Source: an uncultured bacterium
GTDB taxonomy: Bacteria; Babelota; Babeliae; Babelales; Babelaceae
DNA: 64,000 nucleotides
NCBI GenBank assembly: GCA_963699715.1
Contig: CAVOUX010000004.1
Location: forward strand, 174,346 to 238,345
Direction of reading: 5' to 3'
Positions within the stretch are counted from its first letter, which is position 1. The number at the start of each line of letters is the position of its first letter. Position numbers and translations under genes: made by a program. Positions 27,901 to 37,359 of this stretch are shown here, piece by piece. The notes beneath the pieces were generated by a model that made no database searches, had not been told where the DNA came from, and worked only from the letters and a program-made list of their open reading frames with translations.

Positions 27901-30782
27901 AATATGCAGGGCTCAGTGTATCTTCTTTTCAAAGTCAATTATGTTCAGCCGGACTAATGCCACTAGGACCCTATTACTTCTATTACAATAAAAACTTTTC
28001 AGTTACCGATGAGGGAGGAGGCAAAAGCAGTGCTCAACCATTATCAAAAAATCCGTTAACAGCCCCACAAAAAAATCTGCAAACCCCTACTATCTTTATC
28101 TTTAATGACATGACAAACTCCCATGATCGTTGGAAGCGGTGGCTGATGGGTCAGTCGCAGTCAGCGTGGCTTGCGTTTGAAGCGATGGGTCCTTTTAGCT
28201 TTACGCTTAACGGCATTCCTAACGTCTTGATTGAACCAACGAGTCTTACCGATATTCAAAATGGAGATTACGTGTATCAAGTCGTTGGCAAGGTACCAAA
28301 TCTTCCAAAAGGCGATTACTATGCGGTTGCTTCAGCAATTTCTGAAAGCAATGCATACACCGGCAATGCATTGGAAGCATTCAATCCTGCTAATCCCCAA
28401 CCGTATCTTATAAGCTTAACAACAGGCACGGTTTATACTCGAGATTCAGGAAATGCAAATGTTATTAAATCGGGAACATTATCGAATTTGGCGGCAGTGC
28501 GTGGCATGATCAAAAGCACAACATTGAAAAATACCTTAAATATTGCTGCACAGCAACAGGCTAAAAGTCCCGATTGGCAAACGTATACGCGTGGTAGTCG
28601 TACCTTAACAATCGATCCCCAAGATGTCCAAAATAATACCTATGTCTATCAACAAATCGTAGCGGGTACTCCACTGCCTCAAGCATTAAGTACCATAACC
28701 GATTTCTTTATAGGTGCGAACGACAGCCAAACTTCAAAAAGTATAGATTTAGGAATTCCTCTTGATAACAACCCAACCTATATTGTGTCATTAGTAACTG
28801 GGCAGGGTTATATAAGAAATGGAGGCAAAGCCTCTTTCAATCCCCTCCCGAATCCAGGCTCATTACTGAACAATCTTCCCGGTAGTGCCACCGTACGTGA
28901 TGCTCTCAAACAAGCTATTGCCGCTCTCATTACGTTACAAACTGCTCCTGCTAATAAGAAAAAGCCGGTCACGCCGCCAGCTCAATATAAGCTTGATGAA
29001 GACACCATTAAAAACTTGAGCGACAATAGCGCTCATACTAAAACTCCTTATCTTTATGGAGCTTACAGCAACCTTAAATTTTATAATAATAAATATTATG
29101 CAGTTACTGATGCAAACAACCCGCATGAAAACGTTACTACTTTCTTTGATTACTCAGCACAACCATTCATAAAAAATGGAAAAAGTACTCAGGTCGGAGT
29201 TCTCTATGATGCATCTGGCAATCCATCACTGTTTTATGATGAAACACTTCTTGATATAGCTCGAAAAAAAGCAGGCGTCATTGTCGGAACCACACAATCA
29301 TTGGGGGTTCCGAATCCTAACCAGCCAATCATCATTAAAGACTGCACCGGAAACAAAAACCCCGATGCGTCATGCACGCTCTTTGGGTTTGACACACCAC
29401 TTACGGCCTCAATGCCCGAAGGAACTTACACGCTCTATCAATACGGGTCGAGTGACTTGAAAGGTTTAAGACTTCTCGCTCGGTTTGAACCATCAAGTGG
29501 CACTGGCTACTATATCGATATGTTCTCAGGTACTCAATACAACATGGATGGTAGCACGCGAATTGCCCAATATCCAACACTCCTCAATAGCACCACCAAA
29601 AAAATCGCTGCTCCTCTTGGCTTTGATGAGGAAGGATTCCCCTTAGCTTTCGCGCCAGACAATGATGGCAATTATCAAGTATGGAATTATTATGCGCAAA
29701 TACAGAAGGACAAAACCTCAACAAAATACGAGGGCTTTACAGCGGCAGCTTACAAAAATCTTAATTTTGCGGTAACTCCCTATACTCTTGACCCACAAAC
29801 CCAATGGACGGCGTATAATGGATTTGGTATTGATCAAAATAGTATGCAAAAATTTAATTCTGCCTCACCACAAACATTTACACCACAAACAAGCGCGGCC
29901 GCAGAGCAATTGCGCCTCTATACCTACATTGGGTCTGGAGCGGTTGATTCAGGCATCGTGGTGAGCAAAACAAAAATAGGAAATAATTCTAACTATAATG
30001 ATGACTTAGTAATAGCAGGCACAGGCCAAGGGCCAGCATGGAAAGTGACTCGACTCTTTATGACTCCTGTTATTGAAGACGCACCTGAATATCTTGAACT
30101 CAAATCTTCAGAAGCAACTGGCTCTGGAGTTCCTTTTGCAACCGACCCGGCGGCGTCGACACAGTATAGCGCCACACTCTTTGACGGATTAGTTGATACC
30201 GACACTAAAGCACCATATATCGCTGTGAAAGATACCAATGGCGTCCACTTTTATGTCCCCACCTCTCCGACAACACCAGGTGCAACACTGAGCGCGGTGC
30301 AAAATCAGCTTAAAAAATATGTCAGTTTGACAACGTATGGTGACGTGGGGATCTTTCTGCCAATTACTAACCTGACAGGACTGTCGGTGATTCCAACGAT
30401 ACTTAACGTCCCTAACGATCAAACCTCAATCTCGAGTGCAAACCAGGTCTTAGGCACTGGACAGTTTGTGTATGAATCAGCTGAACCACGCAGATATTTT
30501 TATCAATATCAGGATACTGATAAGACACAAGCTTACTATCGAGGGTCACCAGCAGCATATGTTGACCTCCGGTACGGTGTGCTCTATGATGCAAATGGCA
30601 TTCCAACCGGAACGGCGATCTCATATGCGGAATTGGCAGCGCTCTTGACTATCAAAAATGTTGCAGTACCTCAAGCAAGCGATAACCCTACAAAATTTAC
30701 TGAGCCTTCAGATAAAACATTCGTAGGACAAAAACCCAGCTCTTCAACCGATGGTTTCTTATGGTATGGGACTACCACGTAG
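24945..30782 (+). CDS. Giant secreted/surface protein (1945 aa) of unknown function
   Basis: Signal peptide. About 200-aa acidic Ala/Glu/Thr/Asp-rich low-complexity region. A hydrophobic segment GMGLVSGFVFLFPNWIMSAIQGAL. Then about 1700 aa rich in Thr/Ser/Asn/Gly/Tyr with internal repeats (GDYVYQVVG / NNTYVYQQIV; PYLISLTTGTVYTRDSGN / PTYIVSLVTGQGYIRNGG). Confidence 0.75.
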   Translation: MKLSHSKIVLIGILLFFGQSCLGMEALETGLADGISKGLGEGASSAIGEITSNITGDITKSLPDALGENASLLAELPGSALDDITELGGEFGSKIADTFEALRDETITTDAAKTTINEAAETMAADLSKTLSDAAGKDIPVDATKLQAGLENEVDQLESSATQLNELAESNALSEVADTGRDVEMSAAAENPSPEVKNASDATDIATTKEMNADALEKKGESVTTETPQSFWEGGWGKFIKESLGMGLVSGFVFLFPNWIMSAIQGALTKKAQLMSVKAPQYFGGMWLQIPDELINVDNPLNTIPVYSLVTNPDIKSFYGDVTSAFGQPGGLGLHYGTVDNNNYFVSSGNYDDCPNPSSLNISWGASTINGSGFASQMVHLNSGLEFLADGSPLNPQLPYRFLAGTPSSQTSTCPATIYNYLYFIGPKIANGTPFNEISDMFNGTGMMNTSGTLARAQGGNAPPAGQQSGSQAQSTVQKLQALGKKLSDSSKKTTLLDYKYADINEPKGSQISTWDRMSAPFNVGSANDLILSTVKQPTTNLINAFGNLSTPSPEDLQYPLAAQGLYVYQTANTPLAKTVRAVLASQTGNYAAAANDFYDYVVTLNTSSSPVPGLIPQVNVASNGANDSKPGYVSWVVNPEVKYLYSLVDQAAYDVTTGLTAQITFDPSTLSSKNSVLSFATSLGESVKDLIAKGPFTYGSYIVTIPPELQNADRLASPVYLIDPAKNNNKTTLEGGYADYVVPLNASQLPVKIPDPAHKYWASLVSSRMYNSDLTFANGTVGFNILSIRGGVYIALESELSKYNDQYPGEVKTCPGGSHVNGPLSTLYMEYDLNPFNKDLVKTMATLTQAIAQSITNSNDPIYGELPSTQKSAIAITAASSFVTSLQAAGLLQWLPKLSSLTTDQMNQIAAACAPAITKALASSKVTLSSAKPSDITTALSISKPAVAGTTTTQSVFAGLGATVKNFVPSDAAAGIEQVFDAFPKYAGLSVSSFQSQLCSAGLMPLGPYYFYYNKNFSVTDEGGGKSSAQPLSKNPLTAPQKNLQTPTIFIFNDMTNSHDRWKRWLMGQSQSAWLAFEAMGPFSFTLNGIPNVLIEPTSLTDIQNGDYVYQVVGKVPNLPKGDYYAVASAISESNAYTGNALEAFNPANPQPYLISLTTGTVYTRDSGNANVIKSGTLSNLAAVRGMIKSTTLKNTLNIAAQQQAKSPDWQTYTRGSRTLTIDPQDVQNNTYVYQQIVAGTPLPQALSTITDFFIGANDSQTSKSIDLGIPLDNNPTYIVSLVTGQGYIRNGGKASFNPLPNPGSLLNNLPGSATVRDALKQAIAALITLQTAPANKKKPVTPPAQYKLDEDTIKNLSDNSAHTKTPYLYGAYSNLKFYNNKYYAVTDANNPHENVTTFFDYSAQPFIKNGKSTQVGVLYDASGNPSLFYDETLLDIARKKAGVIVGTTQSLGVPNPNQPIIIKDCTGNKNPDASCTLFGFDTPLTASMPEGTYTLYQYGSSDLKGLRLLARFEPSSGTGYYIDMFSGTQYNMDGSTRIAQYPTLLNSTTKKIAAPLGFDEEGFPLAFAPDNDGNYQVWNYYAQIQKDKTSTKYEGFTAAAYKNLNFAVTPYTLDPQTQWTAYNGFGIDQNSMQKFNSASPQTFTPQTSAAAEQLRLYTYIGSGAVDSGIVVSKTKIGNNSNYNDDLVIAGTGQGPAWKVTRLFMTPVIEDAPEYLELKSSEATGSGVPFATDPAASTQYSATLFDGLVDTDTKAPYIAVKDTNGVHFYVPTSPTTPGATLSAVQNQLKKYVSLTTYGDVGIFLPITNLTGLSVIPTILNVPNDQTSISSANQVLGTGQFVYESAEPRRYFYQYQDTDKTQAYYRGSPAAYVDLRYGVLYDANGIPTGTAISYAELAALLTIKNVAVPQASDNPTKFTEPSDKTFVGQKPSSSTDGFLWYGTTT

Positions 30783-30906
30783 TATATTGGGGACGGTTTT
30801 GTTGATAAATTGCCCTGCAGGACCACTATTTTTGTGATTTTTTTAAAAATAGTTTCTCTTTAAAAGAAATTTGTGTATCCTGTTACTAATTCAACCTAGG
30901 AACAGA

Positions 30907-31191
30907 ATGGCCCATAATTATTTGCTCTTAGCGCTCATGACCTGTTGTCTCACTATCGATGCAACAAGCTATCGCACATCAAATTCAATCGATGAACAGG
31001 TAGTGGCAACAACCAAATTTGTCGACAGAAACATTGTTCGTTTGTTTTTAGCACGCAAAGATCTTGATTTAATGATAAAAAATAATGAGGGCCAAACAGT
31101 ACTGGACCTGGCAGCAGACATGCCAGCAGTTCGTGAAATGTTCGATGAGTATCAGGATCGCTCACCAAAACCAAAAAGCCCCGAGCGTTAA
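30907..31191 (+). CDS. Small ankyrin-repeat-like secreted protein
   Basis: Hydrophobic leader MAHNYLLLALMTCCLTIDA. One to two ANK-like units (NNEGQTVLDLAADMP). Confidence 0.35.
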   Translation: MAHNYLLLALMTCCLTIDATSYRTSNSIDEQVVATTKFVDRNIVRLFLARKDLDLMIKNNEGQTVLDLAADMPAVREMFDEYQDRSPKPKSPER

Positions 31192-31624
31192 ATCAGTTCG
31201 ATTATATCTACCGCGCTCTCAAGCCGCATCATTTCTTTATAATAAGTTCTCTTGCAAACAATGGTAACCCAAACAAAAAAAGCAGTCGCCGCATTTCTGC
31301 CGGAAGGACATGCAAGTACGATGATGGAATTGTCATCGATAGGTTGAGATTCCGCAACAGATGTATGAAAATGAACATTTTCAACCTGTCTCAGAAGGTG
31401 GTTGTTGACTCAGCATGCGTAATCTTGGAGTTATGCCTTCTATGGATTTAGAAGTATCTTCATCCAAACCTTTCTGGTCCATAGCAGTAGCCGATAAGGA
31501 AATCCTTGGATAGAATCCTGGGACCAGGACCGCACATGATTCTTCCCTTGCTGATAGGCCAAGGAAAGTCGTCTGGAGTCATATTAGAGGTCTTGATGAA
31601 GACTATCACCGTTTTACCCGAACC

Positions 31625-32377
31625 ATGACGAGAATTGATCTTCGTGAAGCAGTGTATGATTTTCCAAAACAAAATGTTATCACGAGAGCTAATGTTATGA
31701 CCGAGATTAATGCATTCGTGTATTATCACATCATTGATCCAAAAAAAGCAGTTTATGAAGTCTTTGATCTCCCTGAAGCCATCGAAAAACTGGCGCAAAC
31801 TACCTTGCGCAATGTTATTGGGTCAATGGACCTCGATGAAACCCTTGTTTCGCGCGACCAGATCAATACAAAATTGCGTGTGACACTTGATGAGGCTGCC
31901 CACAAATGGGGAGTGAATGTCACTCGTCTTGAACTGCAAGAAGTCAATCCACCTATCGATATTCGCCATGCCATGGAAAAGCAAATGCGTGCCGAGCGTG
32001 ACCGTCGTGCTATTATTTTAGAAGCAGAAGGTGCAAAGCAGTCAGCTATTTTGCGCGCTGAGGGTGAACAAGAAGCTCGTGTTAGAGAAGCACGTGGTAA
32101 TGCTGAAGCAAAATTAATCATGGTTGAAGCTGAAGCCACTGCACGCCTTCGCGCCGCGCAAGCTGAGTCTCAGGCACTGGGCTTTATTGCAGGCGCTTTG
32201 CCAGAAGGAAGAGACCCTGTCGCTTATACCATTGCTCGTGAATATCTTAAAACTCTGCCAACATTAACCGAAGGAAAGTCGACTAAATTGGTCATTGTTC
32301 CTTATGAAGCGACAGCTCTCGTTGGCTCACTTGCTACGATCAAGCAGATTTTTGAAGATAACAAAGGTTCGGTTTAA
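31625..32377 (+). CDS. SPFH/band-7 (stomatin/HflC-like) protein. The N-terminal region upstream (about 31445-31625) is disrupted by at least two frameshifts.
   Basis: In-frame part has RANVMTEINAFVYYHIIDPKKAVYEV...TLRNVIGSMDLDETLVSRDQIN...AMEKQMRAERDRRAIILEAEG. Upstream in other frames: EILG then RILGPGPHMILPLLIGQ, which matches the conserved GPGLHFIIPFI strand. Confidence 0.7.
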   Translation: MTRIDLREAVYDFPKQNVITRANVMTEINAFVYYHIIDPKKAVYEVFDLPEAIEKLAQTTLRNVIGSMDLDETLVSRDQINTKLRVTLDEAAHKWGVNVTRLELQEVNPPIDIRHAMEKQMRAERDRRAIILEAEGAKQSAILRAEGEQEARVREARGNAEAKLIMVEAEATARLRAAQAESQALGFIAGALPEGRDPVAYTIAREYLKTLPTLTEGKSTKLVIVPYEATALVGSLATIKQIFEDNKGSV

Positions 32378-32519
32378 AAATCTTACTGTAATCTCTGGGC
32401 AAAAATATCATCAGTTTTAAATGATAGCATTTTTTCTTCAAGAAAGACTTTTTGGATCAAAAGTCAGTTGCTAACGTCAATTCGGTTTAAGACATTGACA
32501 AGAACTGTAACATTGCATT

Positions 32520-32852
32520 TTAACGGCCCCGAGCCACAGCTGCAGCATAGCCAAATCCATAAAAATAAGTTTGCCAAAAAGTATCATCAGTCGCATATTC
32601 ATTATGGTACATAAAATAATCTATCAGAGCTTCACGAACGCGAGTTAATTCTTTGAGTTTGCTTCCCCTGTTTTTAGGATCAGCAATAGTGAGGTCAAGA
32701 AGCTCTAAAGCACGCCAAAGTGCATTTTGGCTATATTCTTGGTTTTTGGTTCTCCATTGAATTATGCGTTCCACATCTGAGCCAACATTCGCCAATTGTT
32801 CAAAAAGTGTTAGTTTAAACCAACGCTCTGCAGTTAAATCTTTATGAATCAT
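32520..32852 (-). CDS. Hypothetical protein (110 aa), downstream member of a two-gene module
   Basis: ORF with ATGA overlap to the upstream ORF. No confidently recognised motif. Confidence 0.4.
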   Translation of the reverse strand: MIHKDLTAERWFKLTLFEQLANVGSDVERIIQWRTKNQEYSQNALWRALELLDLTIADPKNRGSKLKELTRVREALIDYFMYHNEYATDDTFWQTYFYGFGYAAAVARGR

Positions 32853-33190
32853 CGGATAACCAATTTATGTACAATTTGTTTTATTTTATCTTGAATTTGT
32901 TTATTTTCAACACTTCGGCTGCGGTTACCACTATGAGGACGGATATTGATCATAGAATCAAAAACTATAAATCGATCATTGCCAAATTCATGCGGATACA
33001 TATTTATTCCCCACAGATTTTCTTGTAAGGATTCATTTTCTAACAAAATGGCTTCTTCGTCAGCAGTAATGGTGCGTCAACCACCATTATTTCTCGTTCA
33101 ATATCAACAACAGCTTTAACTAAATTATCAAACATCGTTTCAGACATCTTTTTAAGCTGAGAGAGAGTAATGGTGTTATCGATAATTTTC
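32849..33190 (-). CDS. Hypothetical protein, upstream member of the two-gene module. Apparently frameshifted (two ORF pieces).
   Basis: MKIIDNTITLSQLKKMSETMFDNLVKAVVDIEREIMVVDA... (33190-33040) continues in another frame as ...LENESLQENLWGINMYPHEFGNDRFIVFDSMINIRP (33046-32849). Confidence 0.3.
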
Positions 33191-33398
33191 ATAGAGGTCC
33201 AATCTTGCTACAACTATTACTTATTCTATCATTTTTTTGGATGAAGTTATATTGTAATGCGATCTTGAGTAAATTCAAAATTCAATGGCTTTATCAATAA
33301 TTCGATTGCCAATCAACATTTTCAGTATTATGGTAATGATTCTTGAACATGAGTAAGAAAACTCATACCCATAATCATTTACCTCACAAAGGTTTTTC

Positions 33399-34553
33399 AT
33401 GATCAGATTTCCCGAATGGAAACTTTCAAGCAAACGAGTGTTTTTGCGAGCAGATCTTAATGTTCCTTTGCAGGGAAGCATCATCGTCGATGATTTTCGC
33501 CTTCTTGCAATAAAACCAACGCTTGATTATCTCCTTTCAAAAGGATCGAGTGTCATTCTTGCAACGCATATCGATAGACCCCAGGGCTACGAAGAAGACC
33601 TTTCCACTAAACCACTTGTCGACTGGTTTTCATCCCGTGGCTATAAAACGGCGTTCTTACCCTATCAATCAAACGGTTTTGCAAAGGAAGATCACTGTGC
33701 CCCGGGACATCTTTATATTTTAGACAACTTACGTTTCCATTCTGGCGAACAAAACGGTGATGAATCGTTTGCAAAGATGTTGCGCGGAATGGCTGATTAT
33801 TATGTTAATGACGCCTTTGGTGTAGCGCATGAAACGTCTTCATCAACAATCATATTACCTGCATTGTTTGCCGCTTCACATCGCTCATCAGGATTTCTCA
33901 TTCAAACAGAATGTGTGCATCTTTCGTTTTTAAAGCAGAAAGAAAAAAACTTAACCATTATCATCGGTGGTGGCAAAGGGAACGACAAAATTCCCTATCT
34001 CGAAAATGCACTCAAACAACCCCATACTACGATTCTCGTCGGACCAGCAATCGCCTTTACCTTCTTAAAAGCAATCGGGTACGACGTTGGTAATTCTTTG
34101 GTAAATGATTCAATGATCGATACAGCGCGCCATCTCCTCAAAGAAACAACCATGGGGAATAGGCAACTCATCATACCCCTAGACATAGTAAGCCAAGTAA
34201 GCAATAAACAGCTTATGAGCCATGCAGTCAACAACTTTCCTCAGAATGCCGTCGGCGTAACGATAGGACCCAGAACACTCGAGCTGTATAAAAAGTATAT
34301 CGATAAAAGCGATCTTATCTTTTTTAACTGTGCAATGGGGTTTGCAAATCAACCAGAAACACTTGTGCCAACAAAAGAGTTGATGAACTATGTAAGTGAA
34401 TCAAAAACTTATCGCGTTGCAGGAGGTGGCGATACAGTTTCTCTCTTGAGATCGTTTTCTCTGCAACCAAAATTTGACTTTTGCTCAAGTGGAGGTGGTT
34501 CGGCATTGGCATTCATTACCAACTCTCCGATGCCGGGACTTGAAGCTTTATAA
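33399..34553 (+). CDS. pgk: Phosphoglycerate kinase
   Basis: 384 aa. N-terminal RVFLRADLNVPL. Hinge and C-domain GGGKGNDKIPYLENAL and YRVAGGGDTVS match PGK. Confidence 0.9.
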   Translation: MIRFPEWKLSSKRVFLRADLNVPLQGSIIVDDFRLLAIKPTLDYLLSKGSSVILATHIDRPQGYEEDLSTKPLVDWFSSRGYKTAFLPYQSNGFAKEDHCAPGHLYILDNLRFHSGEQNGDESFAKMLRGMADYYVNDAFGVAHETSSSTIILPALFAASHRSSGFLIQTECVHLSFLKQKEKNLTIIIGGGKGNDKIPYLENALKQPHTTILVGPAIAFTFLKAIGYDVGNSLVNDSMIDTARHLLKETTMGNRQLIIPLDIVSQVSNKQLMSHAVNNFPQNAVGVTIGPRTLELYKKYIDKSDLIFFNCAMGFANQPETLVPTKELMNYVSESKTYRVAGGGDTVSLLRSFSLQPKFDFCSSGGGSALAFITNSPMPGLEAL

Positions 34554-34567
34554 ACGCTACAACATCC

Positions 34568-35116
34568 TCAATTGAGCGCACAAAATCCTAAGAGATGCAG
34601 TCCGTTGTGAATGCAATCACTCAGATCATCATTCTCAGGCAAAACAATCTCATAAATGAGAATACCAACATTATCATGCTTGAGTGGCCAACTATAGCAA
34701 CGTGGATTTTTCATATGCAATTCTGGGGCAATTTCTTTTAAAAGATCGCCGTCATGCCTCTGCCTTTTTTTGTAACTGTCATGGACCATTGATTGGACTT
34801 TTTTATTAAAATGACAGGTGCTTAAATGATCTGGAAACTCTTGTCTACCATGAGCATCATGCTCTTCTTGACTGTATCCAGCAACACCTCTCAAGCAATC
34901 GAAATCAGGATTATCAACAAAATATGCTGCCTTCGACATGTTGAAACACTGCTTGTTGCAAAGTTCATGCAATACAAATTCATTCGTGTGCTCTTTGCCA
35001 CAAAGCGCAAGAATCTTTCTTGGCATATGACTAAGATGCGACAGGACCTGATGGTGTCGAGATGACACTCCGAGTGGCTTCATCACAGAATCCCCTTCAT
35101 TAACAAAAACTATCAA
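34568..35116 (-). CDS. Cys/His-rich hypothetical protein (182 aa)
   Basis: Multiple C/H clusters (CGKEH...HELCNKQC...DCLRG...HDAHG...CHF...RCYSW...CIHNGLH). No family assigned. Confidence 0.4.
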   Translation of the reverse strand: MIVFVNEGDSVMKPLGVSSRHHQVLSHLSHMPRKILALCGKEHTNEFVLHELCNKQCFNMSKAAYFVDNPDFDCLRGVAGYSQEEHDAHGRQEFPDHLSTCHFNKKVQSMVHDSYKKRQRHDGDLLKEIAPELHMKNPRCYSWPLKHDNVGILIYEIVLPENDDLSDCIHNGLHLLGFCALN

Positions 35117-35254
35117 ACTACTCTGACCGGTTTATCACGGCCCTTAGATTAACAGACCTTTTTAATAAAAATCAACCCCAATTTTAAAACTCTTGAAGAA
35201 AAACATTTCATACTGATATTCTTAAAAAGCTTTTATGGGATTCCAGGGGAAGAT

Positions 35255-36349
35255 ATGAAGAAACAGCTTTGCACAATCTTAATTATTTCTTTTTTTTCCT
35301 CGCTCCCGACAATCCATGCTCGCAGCATACATAGAAAACATGACAAAGGTTTATCAGAAATCAGGACACGCTGGCTTGATGAAGATACTGAATATTCCTT
35401 AAAAAGTTATGAATTTGATGGTCACACGTTATTTAAACTCTTTGATTATGACCATATTCAGCAAAATCTTTTTCCGGAAGGCCCGATTAAATACCGCGGT
35501 GAAGATACCACGGTGCTTGGAAATGAGCTCTATGAAGAAATCAATGATCTTTTTGAAGAATTAAAAAAAACTAAACACACCAAAAAAGAATATAAAAATT
35601 TCAAGGTTCTTAAACGGAATAATTTCAATGCCAAAAAATCAATCGGTGCACTAATTCTTAAATTTAAGAAATATCCTTTCGTCGTTAAGCTCTTTATGGA
35701 ATCGCCGCATTCCTTTGTAAGACCCTATTTTCGAGACCTCGAGCAAAATTGTCTCTTTGTCATGGGTGGCGGAATAAGTAGATATCTTGTCGGTTTTACG
35801 CGCGTAAAAAACTTGCATTATATCGAACGTAAAGTAAAAGGAAGTCCTTATTGGTCATCAAAAGTAGATATTATACGCAAGTGGTTTGTGTTGCCGAAAA
35901 AGAATCGATGGTTTGAATTACGAGGCTATAATATTGGAGGCATCGCCGAACGACGAATCACGCTACCCTCTATTTATGCAACTATCGCAGATGAAGTTGA
36001 TGCTGAACGAGTATTTTCAGCTGACAATGAAGACGATCGTAGAACAGTTTTGAACTTAACCACCTGGCTTGAAGAAAGGCTTGATCCCAATATTCCAAAT
36101 TACATGATTGAAAAAAGAACGGGAAAAATGGTATTTGTCGACTCTGAGCATTTCCCCACTAATCTGGGTATGAGAAAAAAGATTGGATATAATAGTTATT
36201 TTACGTGGTACTCAAATCTTGTGCGCAAATATATTACCGAAAATTATTTTCGAACAAAACGGTGCAGAATAGCAATTCGAGATGCAAAAATACCACCCAT
36301 TATGACCGTACCTGAAATCAATAATGAATCAGTCGACCGTGAAAAATAG
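35255..36349 (+). CDS. Hypothetical secreted protein (364 aa)
   Basis: Signal peptide MKKQLCTILIISFFSSLPTIHA. Lys-rich. No recognised motif. Confidence 0.5.
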   Translation: MKKQLCTILIISFFSSLPTIHARSIHRKHDKGLSEIRTRWLDEDTEYSLKSYEFDGHTLFKLFDYDHIQQNLFPEGPIKYRGEDTTVLGNELYEEINDLFEELKKTKHTKKEYKNFKVLKRNNFNAKKSIGALILKFKKYPFVVKLFMESPHSFVRPYFRDLEQNCLFVMGGGISRYLVGFTRVKNLHYIERKVKGSPYWSSKVDIIRKWFVLPKKNRWFELRGYNIGGIAERRITLPSIYATIADEVDAERVFSADNEDDRRTVLNLTTWLEERLDPNIPNYMIEKRTGKMVFVDSEHFPTNLGMRKKIGYNSYFTWYSNLVRKYITENYFRTKRCRIAIRDAKIPPIMTVPEINNESVDREK

Positions 36350-37250
36350 ATTCATTTTTGTACTTTTAGCATATTCTTCTTACGGTAAAGGCGTCATTAT
36401 TCAAGAAAGTTTTCTCAGGCAAGCTAGTTTTAAGACGATTACACTTTTTCATGATCTTCACATCAATTCTAGCGCAAGCACAAAGATTCAGTCCCAACGG
36501 ATGATTGAATTATATAATACCATACCCAGCGGGAAGTGGCTCATAGAATTCCCTTCTTGCTCTGATTTTGAGCAGATTACCGTAATTCTTAAAAGTCTTA
36601 AAGAATATAGCCAATTCAATCTGGTTAATCATTATATCGATACCTACAATGAAACTCAACTCCTTACAAAAGTGGCAACAACCCTACCCCACAATGAGAC
36701 TGTTGCGTGCATTGATCACAGAGCACTCTTTTTGGCTTATTTTGATTTTACACTCATTATAACCAATCATCCAATCGATAAAAAAATTTTTAAGAATGTT
36801 CTCAGCACGCAGGATTTTTTTGAAAAATTCATTGACTCACTCATTACTATTCTTTGCACAGTACACAACCTTTTAGAGCTTGTTAAGCATAGTGAAAATA
36901 AGCAGTGGCTCATAAAACTTCATCAAAAAACTCAAAAAGCAATCACCCTCGCGCATAAATGCCAACGAGACTATAAAGAATATGCTCAAAACAGCTTTTT
37001 TGAAGCCATTTGGCCAAGAAAACAAAAGAATGACAAGAAATTTTTGAGTACAGCGCTCCAAGAATTAATTAAACAGTATGCAAGTTATGATATGCTCCTC
37101 CTATCTCTTGATGCTGAATTCTTACATGAGATTCTGACTACGTCTGCAGAAAAACATATCTTTGTAATCATTGGCAGTAAACATGCCGAACATCTTATAA
37201 AAACTCTACAGCGAGAACATTTCTTCCTGCAAAATAAAAAGGGAGCTTAG
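36324..37250 (+). CDS. Hypothetical protein (308 aa), probably co-transcribed with 35255-36349
   Basis: Overlaps the upstream stop. Mostly alpha-helical composition. No motif recognised. Confidence 0.45.
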   Translation: MNQSTVKNRFIFVLLAYSSYGKGVIIQESFLRQASFKTITLFHDLHINSSASTKIQSQRMIELYNTIPSGKWLIEFPSCSDFEQITVILKSLKEYSQFNLVNHYIDTYNETQLLTKVATTLPHNETVACIDHRALFLAYFDFTLIITNHPIDKKIFKNVLSTQDFFEKFIDSLITILCTVHNLLELVKHSENKQWLIKLHQKTQKAITLAHKCQRDYKEYAQNSFFEAIWPRKQKNDKKFLSTALQELIKQYASYDMLLLSLDAEFLHEILTTSAEKHIFVIIGSKHAEHLIKTLQREHFFLQNKKGA

Positions 37251-37359
37251 ACTAGAACTAGGCTCCCTGGCAGTCCACCCCCGACCCCATTTGTTTTAAT
37301 TATTGAGATCTAAGAGAATTATAGAGAATAGATTGTCTTAAAAGCAATAATTTGTTGCT

